Source: an uncultured virus (IMG/VR IMGVR_UViG_3300025132_007876)
Lineage: Duplodnaviria > Heunggongvirae > Uroviricota > Caudoviricetes
Virus record (IMG/VR): IMGVR_UViG_3300025132_007876
Reading direction: 5' to 3' (one strand)
DNA: 20,000 nucleotides
Shown here: positions 1 to 9,051 of the stretch, piece by piece
Numbering within the stretch: position 1 is the stretch's first letter
Layout: the number at the start of each line of letters is the position of its first letter
The notes under the pieces: generated by a model
Seen by the model: the letters and a program-made list of their open reading frames with translations, nothing else
What the model was told of the DNA's origin: nothing
Database searches by the model: none
Translations under genes and position numbers: made by a program

Positions 1-2
1 CA

Positions 3-3000
3 CAGACTGAAAGCAGTACTCTCTATAAAAAAGTAAAATATTTAAATAAATTTAAAAGAAGGGTGTGTGGCGGTAGAGCAGACTACTCTATGCTATTTTT
101 ACTCTCTAAAATGGCAACTGCACTTATGGGCTTCCAAGCAGAAGAAAAAGTAAAGATTACTGATTGGGCTAAAGAATTTATTTTTCCAAAAGTTATTACA
201 AATGATGGCTTGGCTATTGGAGATAATGGTAATGATAAATCAACTTTAGGCTGTATTTTAGAAAACTTTCCACTAATGAGTGCCGAATCTTGGTCTTCAA
301 TTTTGGATGATTTGGTGTTAGGAACATGGGATGTGTTTCGTGATGAATTACGCAAAAGAATGTGTAAAAAGGACGGAAAATATATCGACCCTGCATTGGA
401 AAGATGGGCGAATAAAGCAGTAGAAGATGCTCAAGAGGAAGTATATGAGCAAGCAAAGCAAAAATATATAAATCAGGCAAAGAAGGAAATCGATCAAAAA
501 ATACAAGATGCCCAGCAATTAGATGGCCTAGGTATGTATCTCGGCGAGACTTCCAACAAAGGTATCGAATTTAGTATTGATAGCCCGCCAAAAGACATAT
601 TGGATGACGAGAAGAAATTGAATGAATGGAGAGAGGAACAATATGAAGATGTAATGAGGCAAGTAAATAAGAAGGCCCGGGCAGCAAAAAAGCAATTCAT
701 GAAGGATCTTAAAGATGAAGGATATGAACACCCTTATACAAAAGATTTCAAAGCTGCCGTAAGAGCACAAGCTCCAAATTATGAAGAAAGTCTAACAAAA
801 AAGTTTGTTGATTTTTTCACTGGTAACAATCCGACAAAACCAGATGACGATGCCGAGAAATTTTTTGAATATTTATCTGATATTGGTTTATGCGGTATGA
901 TCCTTGGCCTTAAAAAGGCTTTAGGGTGTTTATTTGGCCAAATGGACTTGCAAAAAATAGCAGAATATGTTTTAAGGAAAACAGTGGGAGCCTTAAGAAT
1001 AGACCAGTTCATCTATTTTATAACTGAATTGTTACCCGTCGAACAACAGGTTGAAGTCCAAAAACGAATTGATAAAGAAATATCCGAACTCTTCAAAGGA
1101 GTTGTAGTACCGCAGAGTGGAGACGTCTTAGATCCTTCTCTTTATGAAAAAATCCCAGAATCAAAGCCTGATCCTGAATTTAAATCTTTGCTTGGGGTTG
1201 GCCATGATCTCGGAGTAAGCGGTTCATCAAAAATATCACAGTTCTTAACTGGCAAAAACAATAAGAAGTTAGAAAAATTACGAAGCGTATATTCTGATTA
1301 CCCAAAGAATACAAAACTCAAAACGCCTAAAGAACAAGAAAGAGATGATAAAAAGATCGCCAAGCTCAATAAATCCATCGCCAAAAAGCAAGAAAGAAAA
1401 GCGAAAAGAGATGAGATAAGAAAAACCAAAGGATACCCAAAGCAGGGATCAATAGGTAAATCATCTGCTAAGATTATTGGTATAATTTTTAAAGCTTATA
1501 TAGAGACCATTATTGACATTAACAAGCTTAATACTACTAGCTTGCTGGACATGATTAGAAAATTACCAGTTGTATCTTCAATACCTGATTTTATTTTTGA
1601 TTTCTTTACATGTCCGACCAAAACAATTGTTGAGCCACCACTTAAAGATATAATAAAATTTAATTTTAAGAAGCCTAACTTTTGTGACCCGACAAAGCCA
1701 ATAGTGGATTTTAACTTTTCAAAGCTTAAGAATCCATTCAAAAATCCACTTAAGTTTTTATTGCAAGCTTTTGTAGCAGCAATAATAAAAGTAATAACAA
1801 GAATTTTAATTAAAATAGTTGTTCAATTTTTGATTGAGATAGAAAAAATGCTGTGTAAAATGTTGGGTGCTCTAGGAAAAGGTGCTCTCAATTATGCCAC
1901 TGGTAATTACGACGAGGGAGCATTTTCGGAAGCATTTAGGGATGCTTTTTGTGGAGAGAACGCTTCTGATGAAGATGTTAAGAAAGCCATGGCTGGCGCC
2001 ATAAAAACAACAGGAATAACCAGCCAAAGCCAAGCCAGCGCCGTAGCCCAGAAAATCGCCGGAGCATTTTCCGGGAACTTTTCGAAAAGAGAGATGATGT
2101 TGGTAATATTTAAGCCAGAAGAAAATTCTGAATTGATGGCCCGTGTAACAAAAGTAATTACTACATCAACACCAGAGCTATCTGAGTTTTTCGATCCGCC
2201 AACTAAAGCCGCTAAGTTTTTTGGCGCTTTGGCTAATGTTTTGCCACAAGACCATAAAGATGAAATTAGAGATTCACTAGACAGTGTTCCAATGCCAGAT
2301 GCTCCGATATTTGATACTATTTGTTTAACAGACGCTGAACTTGATGCTTGGAATAACCTACGACAGCAAAATCTTGAAAATCGTGGTCTTTCTCCGGAAG
2401 ATGCCGCTAACCAAGTCAGTGTGTATAATCAAAGAGCAGAAGACACATTGGTTGAATTACTTGAGGCTCCCGATCTTGAATCTCAAATTCAACAAATGCT
2501 GCTACCGGTAGGAGGTATTGACCCCTTTGGAGACCCAGATCCAAGAAGGCCTCCATCCGGATGTGAGGATGCCAAAGATAAATCTAAATTAAATTCACTA
2601 CTAGACGAACCAGAGGAAATTACCTCAATGACCGGAAAGGGACTAGATAAAATCTGGAATACAGTTAATTTAAGGTTTAATAGCGATCTTTATGGAAGTA
2701 ATAGCGGATTATTAAGTAGAATACTGTCTGATACTAGAGGTAACAGTTTCTGGTTGCATGGTTTTTACCGTAAGTTTTTTATAACTAGAAATATTATTTT
2801 TGATAGTGAGGAACAAAAAGAAGCACTTAAAGGAGGAGCAGCTATTTTTGCCACCATGTTTGAGGCCGGCGGATATTTCCCAACAACCGTAGGTCTCCAC
2901 CTGTTCAAACAACTACAGCAAGATTTCGAATTTAAGTCCCTAGGGATGGATGAGTTTGGAGGAAAAGGCAAAATAGAGGGCACCTATAATCCATTTGGTC

Positions 3001-6000
3001 TAGCACCGGAAAAAGCATTCAGCTATAAAGTAGAAAAGTATGAAAAAGCAGAAGCATTTATGGAATATCAAGTACCAGTTGTTATTGATGGTTTTGGAAA
3101 ACCACCAGAGGATAAAACTGCTCAAGGTACCTATGCCAGATGGAAGCAGCTTGTTGCATACTCTAGCCAAGTGTTATTACCAGAAATAAAACAAAATTTT
3201 GATTACAAAATAAGAGTTGATGATACACTTAATCCGTTTTTGATAACTGGCGATATGAGGACTGGCGTTAACAGCAGATATAATATGGAAATAAACCAGC
3301 CAATGTCTGATGACGTGTCGTCGTATCTTTTAGAAATGGACGCAACAAACGATCAGAGATACAGAAAGTCTGCTCTTGAATTTGCTTTAAGTAAAATATT
3401 AAAAGAAAAATTTTCCGATGCTTCGATAACACTTACAACAGACCAATATGATAAAGTTATAACAGATTCAATGAAAATATTTAGAGATATGTGTTTGGAT
3501 GTCACACCTAGAGATGGACAGCCGGAATCAGTTGAGGTTAGGGTAATTGACGAAGATGGCAAAGTTACCGACCAAACAGAGACTGTTACCGTCCCAGACG
3601 GATTTCTGTTTGGATATACTAATATTGATTTTGAAGAAGAAGAGCTTGAGTATGTTGGCCCCGAAGGCGAAGAATATGATTATGATGAAGAGGAACAAGT
3701 GCTTGGGAAAATGAAAAAGCAAAACCCCAGAATTCATATTCTTGATCCCAAAAAGCACGGCGGGAGCTATAATAGGCCTCCATGGTATATTGAAGAACCA
3801 ACGTTTAGAGGTTGGTTGAATATTGCTAAGACCATTTCTCCTGATATCTCTGGCTGTAAGCCATCAAGAGAGAGCATACTTCAGATCAATAAGGTTAAGA
3901 CTCATGTTAAACAAGCTAGGAACAAAATTAAGGTTAATAGTAAATTATTTGAAGGCAAGGGAGATTGTTTTTACCACATTCCGTTTGATCGTTTGGTAAA
4001 CAAAGAATCGTTATCCATGATGGAAGGGTGCGTTAAAACAGTAATTCGAATTAATGTTATTGAGCAATTAATAGGCGCAATACCAGTTATGGGCTTTATC
4101 GAATACAATGAGAATAATTTTGGGTCTGCGTTTGCCCAATTGGTTGCAAAAAGAATTCAACAGGACTTAGCAACAACCAATGTTGGCTTGTTTCCTAGGA
4201 AAATAGAAAAACAAAACTATTGGCTTTCATTCTTGGAGCAGGCAACTCAAATGTTTTGGAGAATGTGGGAATCAGGCGATCTAGATTATGAGAACGAAGA
4301 AGGCGAACAGGAACTTCCGGAACACCTAGAAGATATTTTTGATGAAATCAGGGACCTTCAGGAAGCTTATAACTGGAAAGATGGTATGTGGCGCAACCCG
4401 AGTTTTCCACAAGGTGTTGGTTATGATGGGGGAATGTTCGGCGACATGGAGAATAGAAGAATATACTTACCATCATTTTATTATGATTTTGATAAAAAAG
4501 AGTTTAAGGATCCAAATCTTGAAGAAGAGCCGGAATACGACTACAGTGACCCTGTTCCTATAACTTATGAGGAGTATATGTCAGCGGTTGCAAATGGAGA
4601 GGCAAGGTACTCCTTATCGGAAGCAGAACAGAACGGCGGCGCATATATTGTTTCTCCACCTATTGATGACTTCTCTAATGAGTACGGCTGGTTAAATCCA
4701 CCACCAGATGCCGTCTTTGCTAGAATCGATAAATTTCAAGTTGGCACCAAACAAGTGATTAGGCAAAAACCAATAATAAGAATAGACGGGCCATTTGAAG
4801 CAACCCAGCAAGAATTTTCTTTAGGAAAAGACCTTGAAGCGCAAGTCGGCCCAGAAGTGGGCGATCACCTTACAGCCACTTTAGTAAGAAGAGCTTCCGA
4901 AGATGCAGCCGCAGAATATGGTGGTATTAGTAAAATAGGCCCAATCTCCCCGTTTTCGTCCGATGCAGAATATGTTAAATATGTACAGATTATTGATGGT
5001 TATGAACCAGAATTCCCAATGCAAAATCCATTTGATTTTCAGCGCCAATATGCACACTACTGCGCTCTGGCGTATCAAAGCTATGGAGACGCAATATTAT
5101 ACAGCGATGAAAAATTAGAATTTGGCGAGTCAATAACTTTTGGACCTCTAGACTCTTCATGGCAATTCGCATCTTGTATGTGGGCAGTAAGATCAGTACA
5201 AGATAAGTGCATGGTAGTCTTAACCGAATTAATTAACCATGAATTGAAAGATATCATGGAATTATTCAACAAGACTTGGAAACCACAGGTCTTGGATGTG
5301 AATAGGTATTTGTTAAATACTCCTTTGTTTATTGATAACGGTCTGAAAAATTTCGGCACAAGAGATCATGAAGAACGTGTTGCCATGGGCTCATTATCAG
5401 AAATAGGAGAAGTAGCAGATGTTGTAATAGATGCTAGCATAGAAAGTAGCTTTGGTAATGCCGAAAGCGAATCGCCAATCAAATTTAAACTTGAGAAATA
5501 TATTCGAATAGTTGAGAAAGAATTGGAAGAGGGAGAGCAATTACCCAAGCCCTTTGAGGAAAGAGACGCAACTCTCCGTGGTGTTGTTAATGTGAAGCAT
5601 TTCCAAGAATTCATTGATAAAAATAAAGAAGATTACGGAGAATATTATATTAGTGATCTTTTCGGTGATGCCGAGATGCTATACAGCTTCAGATTTGAAA
5701 GAGTTTTTCAAATCCTTCTTGATCATTTGAGTGAGAGCGGCGACGTAGATGATGCCACTTTGGAAAAAGCTAAAGAACAAGTTGCTAAAGTTGAAAAAGA
5801 AACAGGCGATATTGAAACATTCCGCCCCACAGACGATATGAATAATCAAATAACTGGATATTATGAGAAGAAAACCAGCTTCCAGTCTTTTTTCGAAGGA
5901 TTTTCAGTTGTACTGACAGAGGCCCAGTTTGACGCATTCATGCGTGGTGGCTTACAACAAGAAGAAGTAGACGGCAGAATGAAAGACATAGACTATGGTG

Positions 6001-6842
6001 AGGTTAAATTACCCAAGGACCTTATTTCAGAACAGTGGTTTTTAGCCGGCATGAAGATCGGCCCAAATGAACGGTGGAAACCAGTAGATATTCAAGGCGA
6101 AATCGGACTAAAGTACGGTGTTCGAATAGTGGCAAACCTACCAGAAGGAAGCGGACTACCAGAGGCATCCTTAGATAACCTAGCAAAATCTAAATTTGCT
6201 TTTGAAAAGTGCTTCTATATGAATGTTCATAACGATTTAGAAAATTATGAAAAGAATTTCTCATTACCCATTGCCTTTGCTGAGGTCGATCTCATAGATC
6301 ATAAAATAAAAGATTTTAATTGGACGGTTGTAGGAGGAGAATCAGAATATCCAATGGATATAGATTGTTTATTAAGAAAGATAATCAAAACTCCAGAGTA
6401 TGAAATAATTTTTAAACATGTTATGAACCCATCCGCAGTTGCCGGTATGTGCGCTACGCTTAGCGGCATTTCTTTTGAATCAGCAGTTGGGTATAGTGAT
6501 GGATGGGAAAAGGTTGTTTCGTTTGAAGATTTAGAGGGTGAAGAGCAAGATGGTGCAATAAATATGGATAACGATGATTGGTCTAGAAAATATTTCCAAG
6601 ACACAAGAATGCTTGTCAGGAGGGTATTTTCCGGGTTTTATTTAGGTAATGACTTTGAGGACCCAGAAGCGGACACGTTCGATTTTTCATTAATTCTTAA
6701 AGCCGCCGTGGGTTCTATGTTTGGGTGGATGAAAAAAGGCCTTGCTGGTGTTTCGGCTTGGTGGAGAACAAATATGGTTTCTAACCCATTTGACGCCGAT
6801 GGTGAAGAATGTAAGACTGAATATGAAAAATTATTAGGATAA
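3..6842 (+). CDS. Giant hypothetical protein, 5'-truncated (at least 2279 aa), probably virion-associated; immediately upstream of the gp25-like gene
   Basis: The frame is open from position 3 (CAG ACT GAA AGC AGT ACT CTC TAT AAA..., QTESSTLYKKVKYLNKFKRRVCGG). The GTG at 63 is therefore probably internal and the true start lies upstream of the window. Stop is TAA at 6840-6842. The protein looks helical and charged, with no catalytic motif I recognise. The virion role is inferred from gene context only. Confidence 0.85.
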   Translation, partial: QTESSTLYKKVKYLNKFKRRVCGGRADYSMLFLLSKMATALMGFQAEEKVKITDWAKEFIFPKVITNDGLAIGDNGNDKSTLGCILENFPLMSAESWSSILDDLVLGTWDVFRDELRKRMCKKDGKYIDPALERWANKAVEDAQEEVYEQAKQKYINQAKKEIDQKIQDAQQLDGLGMYLGETSNKGIEFSIDSPPKDILDDEKKLNEWREEQYEDVMRQVNKKARAAKKQFMKDLKDEGYEHPYTKDFKAAVRAQAPNYEESLTKKFVDFFTGNNPTKPDDDAEKFFEYLSDIGLCGMILGLKKALGCLFGQMDLQKIAEYVLRKTVGALRIDQFIYFITELLPVEQQVEVQKRIDKEISELFKGVVVPQSGDVLDPSLYEKIPESKPDPEFKSLLGVGHDLGVSGSSKISQFLTGKNNKKLEKLRSVYSDYPKNTKLKTPKEQERDDKKIAKLNKSIAKKQERKAKRDEIRKTKGYPKQGSIGKSSAKIIGIIFKAYIETIIDINKLNTTSLLDMIRKLPVVSSIPDFIFDFFTCPTKTIVEPPLKDIIKFNFKKPNFCDPTKPIVDFNFSKLKNPFKNPLKFLLQAFVAAIIKVITRILIKIVVQFLIEIEKMLCKMLGALGKGALNYATGNYDEGAFSEAFRDAFCGENASDEDVKKAMAGAIKTTGITSQSQASAVAQKIAGAFSGNFSKREMMLVIFKPEENSELMARVTKVITTSTPELSEFFDPPTKAAKFFGALANVLPQDHKDEIRDSLDSVPMPDAPIFDTICLTDAELDAWNNLRQQNLENRGLSPEDAANQVSVYNQRAEDTLVELLEAPDLESQIQQMLLPVGGIDPFGDPDPRRPPSGCEDAKDKSKLNSLLDEPEEITSMTGKGLDKIWNTVNLRFNSDLYGSNSGLLSRILSDTRGNSFWLHGFYRKFFITRNIIFDSEEQKEALKGGAAIFATMFEAGGYFPTTVGLHLFKQLQQDFEFKSLGMDEFGGKGKIEGTYNPFGLAPEKAFSYKVEKYEKAEAFMEYQVPVVIDGFGKPPEDKTAQGTYARWKQLVAYSSQVLLPEIKQNFDYKIRVDDTLNPFLITGDMRTGVNSRYNMEINQPMSDDVSSYLLEMDATNDQRYRKSALEFALSKILKEKFSDASITLTTDQYDKVITDSMKIFRDMCLDVTPRDGQPESVEVRVIDEDGKVTDQTETVTVPDGFLFGYTNIDFEEEELEYVGPEGEEYDYDEEEQVLGKMKKQNPRIHILDPKKHGGSYNRPPWYIEEPTFRGWLNIAKTISPDISGCKPSRESILQINKVKTHVKQARNKIKVNSKLFEGKGDCFYHIPFDRLVNKESLSMMEGCVKTVIRINVIEQLIGAIPVMGFIEYNENNFGSAFAQLVAKRIQQDLATTNVGLFPRKIEKQNYWLSFLEQATQMFWRMWESGDLDYENEEGEQELPEHLEDIFDEIRDLQEAYNWKDGMWRNPSFPQGVGYDGGMFGDMENRRIYLPSFYYDFDKKEFKDPNLEEEPEYDYSDPVPITYEEYMSAVANGEARYSLSEAEQNGGAYIVSPPIDDFSNEYGWLNPPPDAVFARIDKFQVGTKQVIRQKPIIRIDGPFEATQQEFSLGKDLEAQVGPEVGDHLTATLVRRASEDAAAEYGGISKIGPISPFSSDAEYVKYVQIIDGYEPEFPMQNPFDFQRQYAHYCALAYQSYGDAILYSDEKLEFGESITFGPLDSSWQFASCMWAVRSVQDKCMVVLTELINHELKDIMELFNKTWKPQVLDVNRYLLNTPLFIDNGLKNFGTRDHEERVAMGSLSEIGEVADVVIDASIESSFGNAESESPIKFKLEKYIRIVEKELEEGEQLPKPFEERDATLRGVVNVKHFQEFIDKNKEDYGEYYISDLFGDAEMLYSFRFERVFQILLDHLSESGDVDDATLEKAKEQVAKVEKETGDIETFRPTDDMNNQITGYYEKKTSFQSFFEGFSVVLTEAQFDAFMRGGLQQEEVDGRMKDIDYGEVKLPKDLISEQWFLAGMKIGPNERWKPVDIQGEIGLKYGVRIVANLPEGSGLPEASLDNLAKSKFAFEKCFYMNVHNDLENYEKNFSLPIAFAEVDLIDHKIKDFNWTVVGGESEYPMDIDCLLRKIIKTPEYEIIFKHVMNPSAVAGMCATLSGISFESAVGYSDGWEKVVSFEDLEGEEQDGAINMDNDDWSRKYFQDTRMLVRRVFSGFYLGNDFEDPEADTFDFSLILKAAVGSMFGWMKKGLAGVSAWWRTNMVSNPFDADGEECKTEYEKLLG

Positions 6843-6867
6843 TGAGTATTTATTATGGTATAGAAAT

Positions 6868-7239
6868 ATGATACATACACCTAAATTTCCATTACAACTC
6901 GGCGACAGATCCTTATTTGAGAAATCAGATGAAATAAAAAATATTGTTTTTTTTCATATAAGGAATCTTGTATTAACATATCCGGGAGAAAAAATATCAG
7001 ATCCTCAATATGGCATTGGGATTAAAAGATTTTTATTCGAGAATATAACCTCTGGTATTTTAAACAATATAACAGACAGAATCGAATCTGCAATCAATAC
7101 ATACCTAAGCTATATTGACCTAATAAGATTAGAAGTCTCTGCACCACCAGATAGCAATGGTATCAATATTGTTATTGCGTTCGAGATACCCGATTTAGAT
7201 ATTATAGAGGAAATTTCTTTTGATGTTTCAAATATATAA
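6868..7239 (+). CDS. Baseplate wedge subunit, gp25/GPW-like (sheath initiator), 123 aa
   Basis: The segment IRNLVLTYPGEKISDPQYGIGIKRFLFE...ITDRIESAINTYLSYIDL fits the gp25 family pattern (L.T.PGER...P.FG......LFE). Size is typical and it lies directly before a gp6-like gene. Confidence 0.9.
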   Translation: MIHTPKFPLQLGDRSLFEKSDEIKNIVFFHIRNLVLTYPGEKISDPQYGIGIKRFLFENITSGILNNITDRIESAINTYLSYIDLIRLEVSAPPDSNGINIVIAFEIPDLDIIEEISFDVSNI

Positions 7240-7242
7240 TAA

Positions 7243-7247
7243 AAGGA
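7243..7247 (+). promoter_or_regulatory. Shine-Dalgarno-like RBS of the gp6-like gene
   Basis: AAGGA followed by 7 nt (TACTAAG) and ATG at 7255. Confidence 0.6.
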
Positions 7248-7254
7248 TACTAAG

Positions 7255-9051
7255 ATGCCTAAGAAACCTATAATAAAATACACTAATGCTGATTTTGAAT
7301 CTATCAAGAGAGCGTTAGTAGAACATGCAAAAAGATACTATCCAGACAATTACAACGATTTTAACCAATCATCTTTTGGTTCTATGTTATTTGATATGGT
7401 ATCTTACATGGGCGATGTCCTATCGTTTTACATTGACTATCAAGTGAATGAAAGTTTTTTAGAAACCGCTCTTGAATATAATAATATAAGAAAGATGGCC
7501 GCAAACATGGGATATTCTTTCTACGGAAAGCCAGCAGCGTTTGGTACCGTTGACCTATATGTCCTAATACCTTCTTTGTCTGGAGACCTTGGGCCAAACT
7601 TGTCTTTGGTGCCAATAATAAAAAAGGGTACAATACTTCGTAGTACGTCTGGTGCTACCTATACCCTGACAGAAGATGTTGATTTTAGCGCTTCTGACAC
7701 TGATACAAATGTCATCGCATCAAGATTTTCAACTGAAGGTGCGACAACCCAGTATGCCATGAGGGCCAGTGGTCAAGTAAAATCAGGCGGAGGGTACTTG
7801 CAAGAAATAGATATAGGCCCACCAGAACTATTCAAGAGGGTTAGAGTTGGCCCTAACGGCATTAACGAGATCACTTCTGTTTTCGATTCTGAAGGGCACG
7901 AATATTTTCAAGTTAATCACTTATCACAAGAAATAGTTTATGTTGAAACTACGAACCCTTCCGCTGCGTCGGACGGTGTAAGGTCGATCTTAAAACCGCA
8001 AGTAGCATCCCGCAGGTTTGTTGTTGAGCAAGACGAAGACGGCACATATCTACAATTTGGTTCCGGAGCAGAAGAAGAATTTGAAACTGACGGCCTAATC
8101 GATCCTTCGACTGTAATGTTAAACATGTCAGAAAAAAGATACATTACTGATGATGCATTCGACCCAAACAAGCTTATATCTACAGACAAAATGGGTATAG
8201 CTCCATCTAATACAACTTTGTTTGTGACTTACAATTCTAATGACACATTGGATGTCAACGTAGCGGCAGGAGCACTAAGCACAGTCGTCACCGCAGAATA
8301 TCATTTTCCAATGGACCCAGATAGGTTGTTCGAAACAGACTATTCCAGTGTCATCTCATCGTTAGAATCCTACAACTCTGAGGCGATTATTTACGACCCG
8401 AGCTTACCTACTATCGACGAGATCAAATATAGAAGTTATGCGATAAAATCAGCACAGAACAGAGTAGTCACAAAGCAAGATTATGAAGCGTATGTTTATC
8501 AAATGCCACCAACATTTGGAAACATAAAAAGAGTATCAGTATATAATGACCCAAGCGGCACAAACAAAAGACTAACTTTGTATGTAATAGGGCAAACAAA
8601 CGCAGGCCATTTAGCTGAAGTCTCAACAGTTGCAAAAAATAACATTAAAGTATGGTTAAATAAAAACAAAATGATAAGTGATGTTATCGACATCAAGGAT
8701 GCCAAAATTATCAATGTTGGGTTTGATTATAAAATTGTAGTTAGCAATCGCTTTGAGAAAGCTGAGGTTTTGGGCCGTGTACAAGAAAAACTTGAAGGTG
8801 TATTCAAAGAAAAGAAGTACATAGCAGAGCCTATTTATATATCAGAAATATACAATATTATTAATAAAACACGTGGCGTGGTCGATACTGTAAAGGTTAA
8901 GATGAAAATAAAATCAGGAGCCGGTTATGCCAATAAGTTAGTAGAAATAAAAGATATTTTGTCAATGGATGGTACTTACCTCAAAACACCACAGAACTGT
9001 GTATTAGAAATAAAGTACTTGAGTAGTGACATTAAGGGGATGGTAGTCTAA
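7255..9051 (+). CDS. Baseplate wedge protein, T4 gp6 / baseplate J-like, 598 aa
   Basis: The N-terminus YTNADFESIKRALVEHAKRYYPDNYNDFNQSSFGSMLFDMVSYMGDVLSFYIDYQVNESFLETA resembles the T4 gp6 N-terminus. It also has YLQFGSG and the gp6/J motif AQNRVVTKQDYE. An SD-like AAGGA lies 7 nt before the ATG. Confidence 0.9.
   Translation: MPKKPIIKYTNADFESIKRALVEHAKRYYPDNYNDFNQSSFGSMLFDMVSYMGDVLSFYIDYQVNESFLETALEYNNIRKMAANMGYSFYGKPAAFGTVDLYVLIPSLSGDLGPNLSLVPIIKKGTILRSTSGATYTLTEDVDFSASDTDTNVIASRFSTEGATTQYAMRASGQVKSGGGYLQEIDIGPPELFKRVRVGPNGINEITSVFDSEGHEYFQVNHLSQEIVYVETTNPSAASDGVRSILKPQVASRRFVVEQDEDGTYLQFGSGAEEEFETDGLIDPSTVMLNMSEKRYITDDAFDPNKLISTDKMGIAPSNTTLFVTYNSNDTLDVNVAAGALSTVVTAEYHFPMDPDRLFETDYSSVISSLESYNSEAIIYDPSLPTIDEIKYRSYAIKSAQNRVVTKQDYEAYVYQMPPTFGNIKRVSVYNDPSGTNKRLTLYVIGQTNAGHLAEVSTVAKNNIKVWLNKNKMISDVIDIKDAKIINVGFDYKIVVSNRFEKAEVLGRVQEKLEGVFKEKKYIAEPIYISEIYNIINKTRGVVDTVKVKMKIKSGAGYANKLVEIKDILSMDGTYLKTPQNCVLEIKYLSSDIKGMVV

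Noticed and set aside
63..65. GTG start assigned to ORF1 by the track
   Set aside because: The frame is open back to position 3, so the gene most likely starts upstream of the window.
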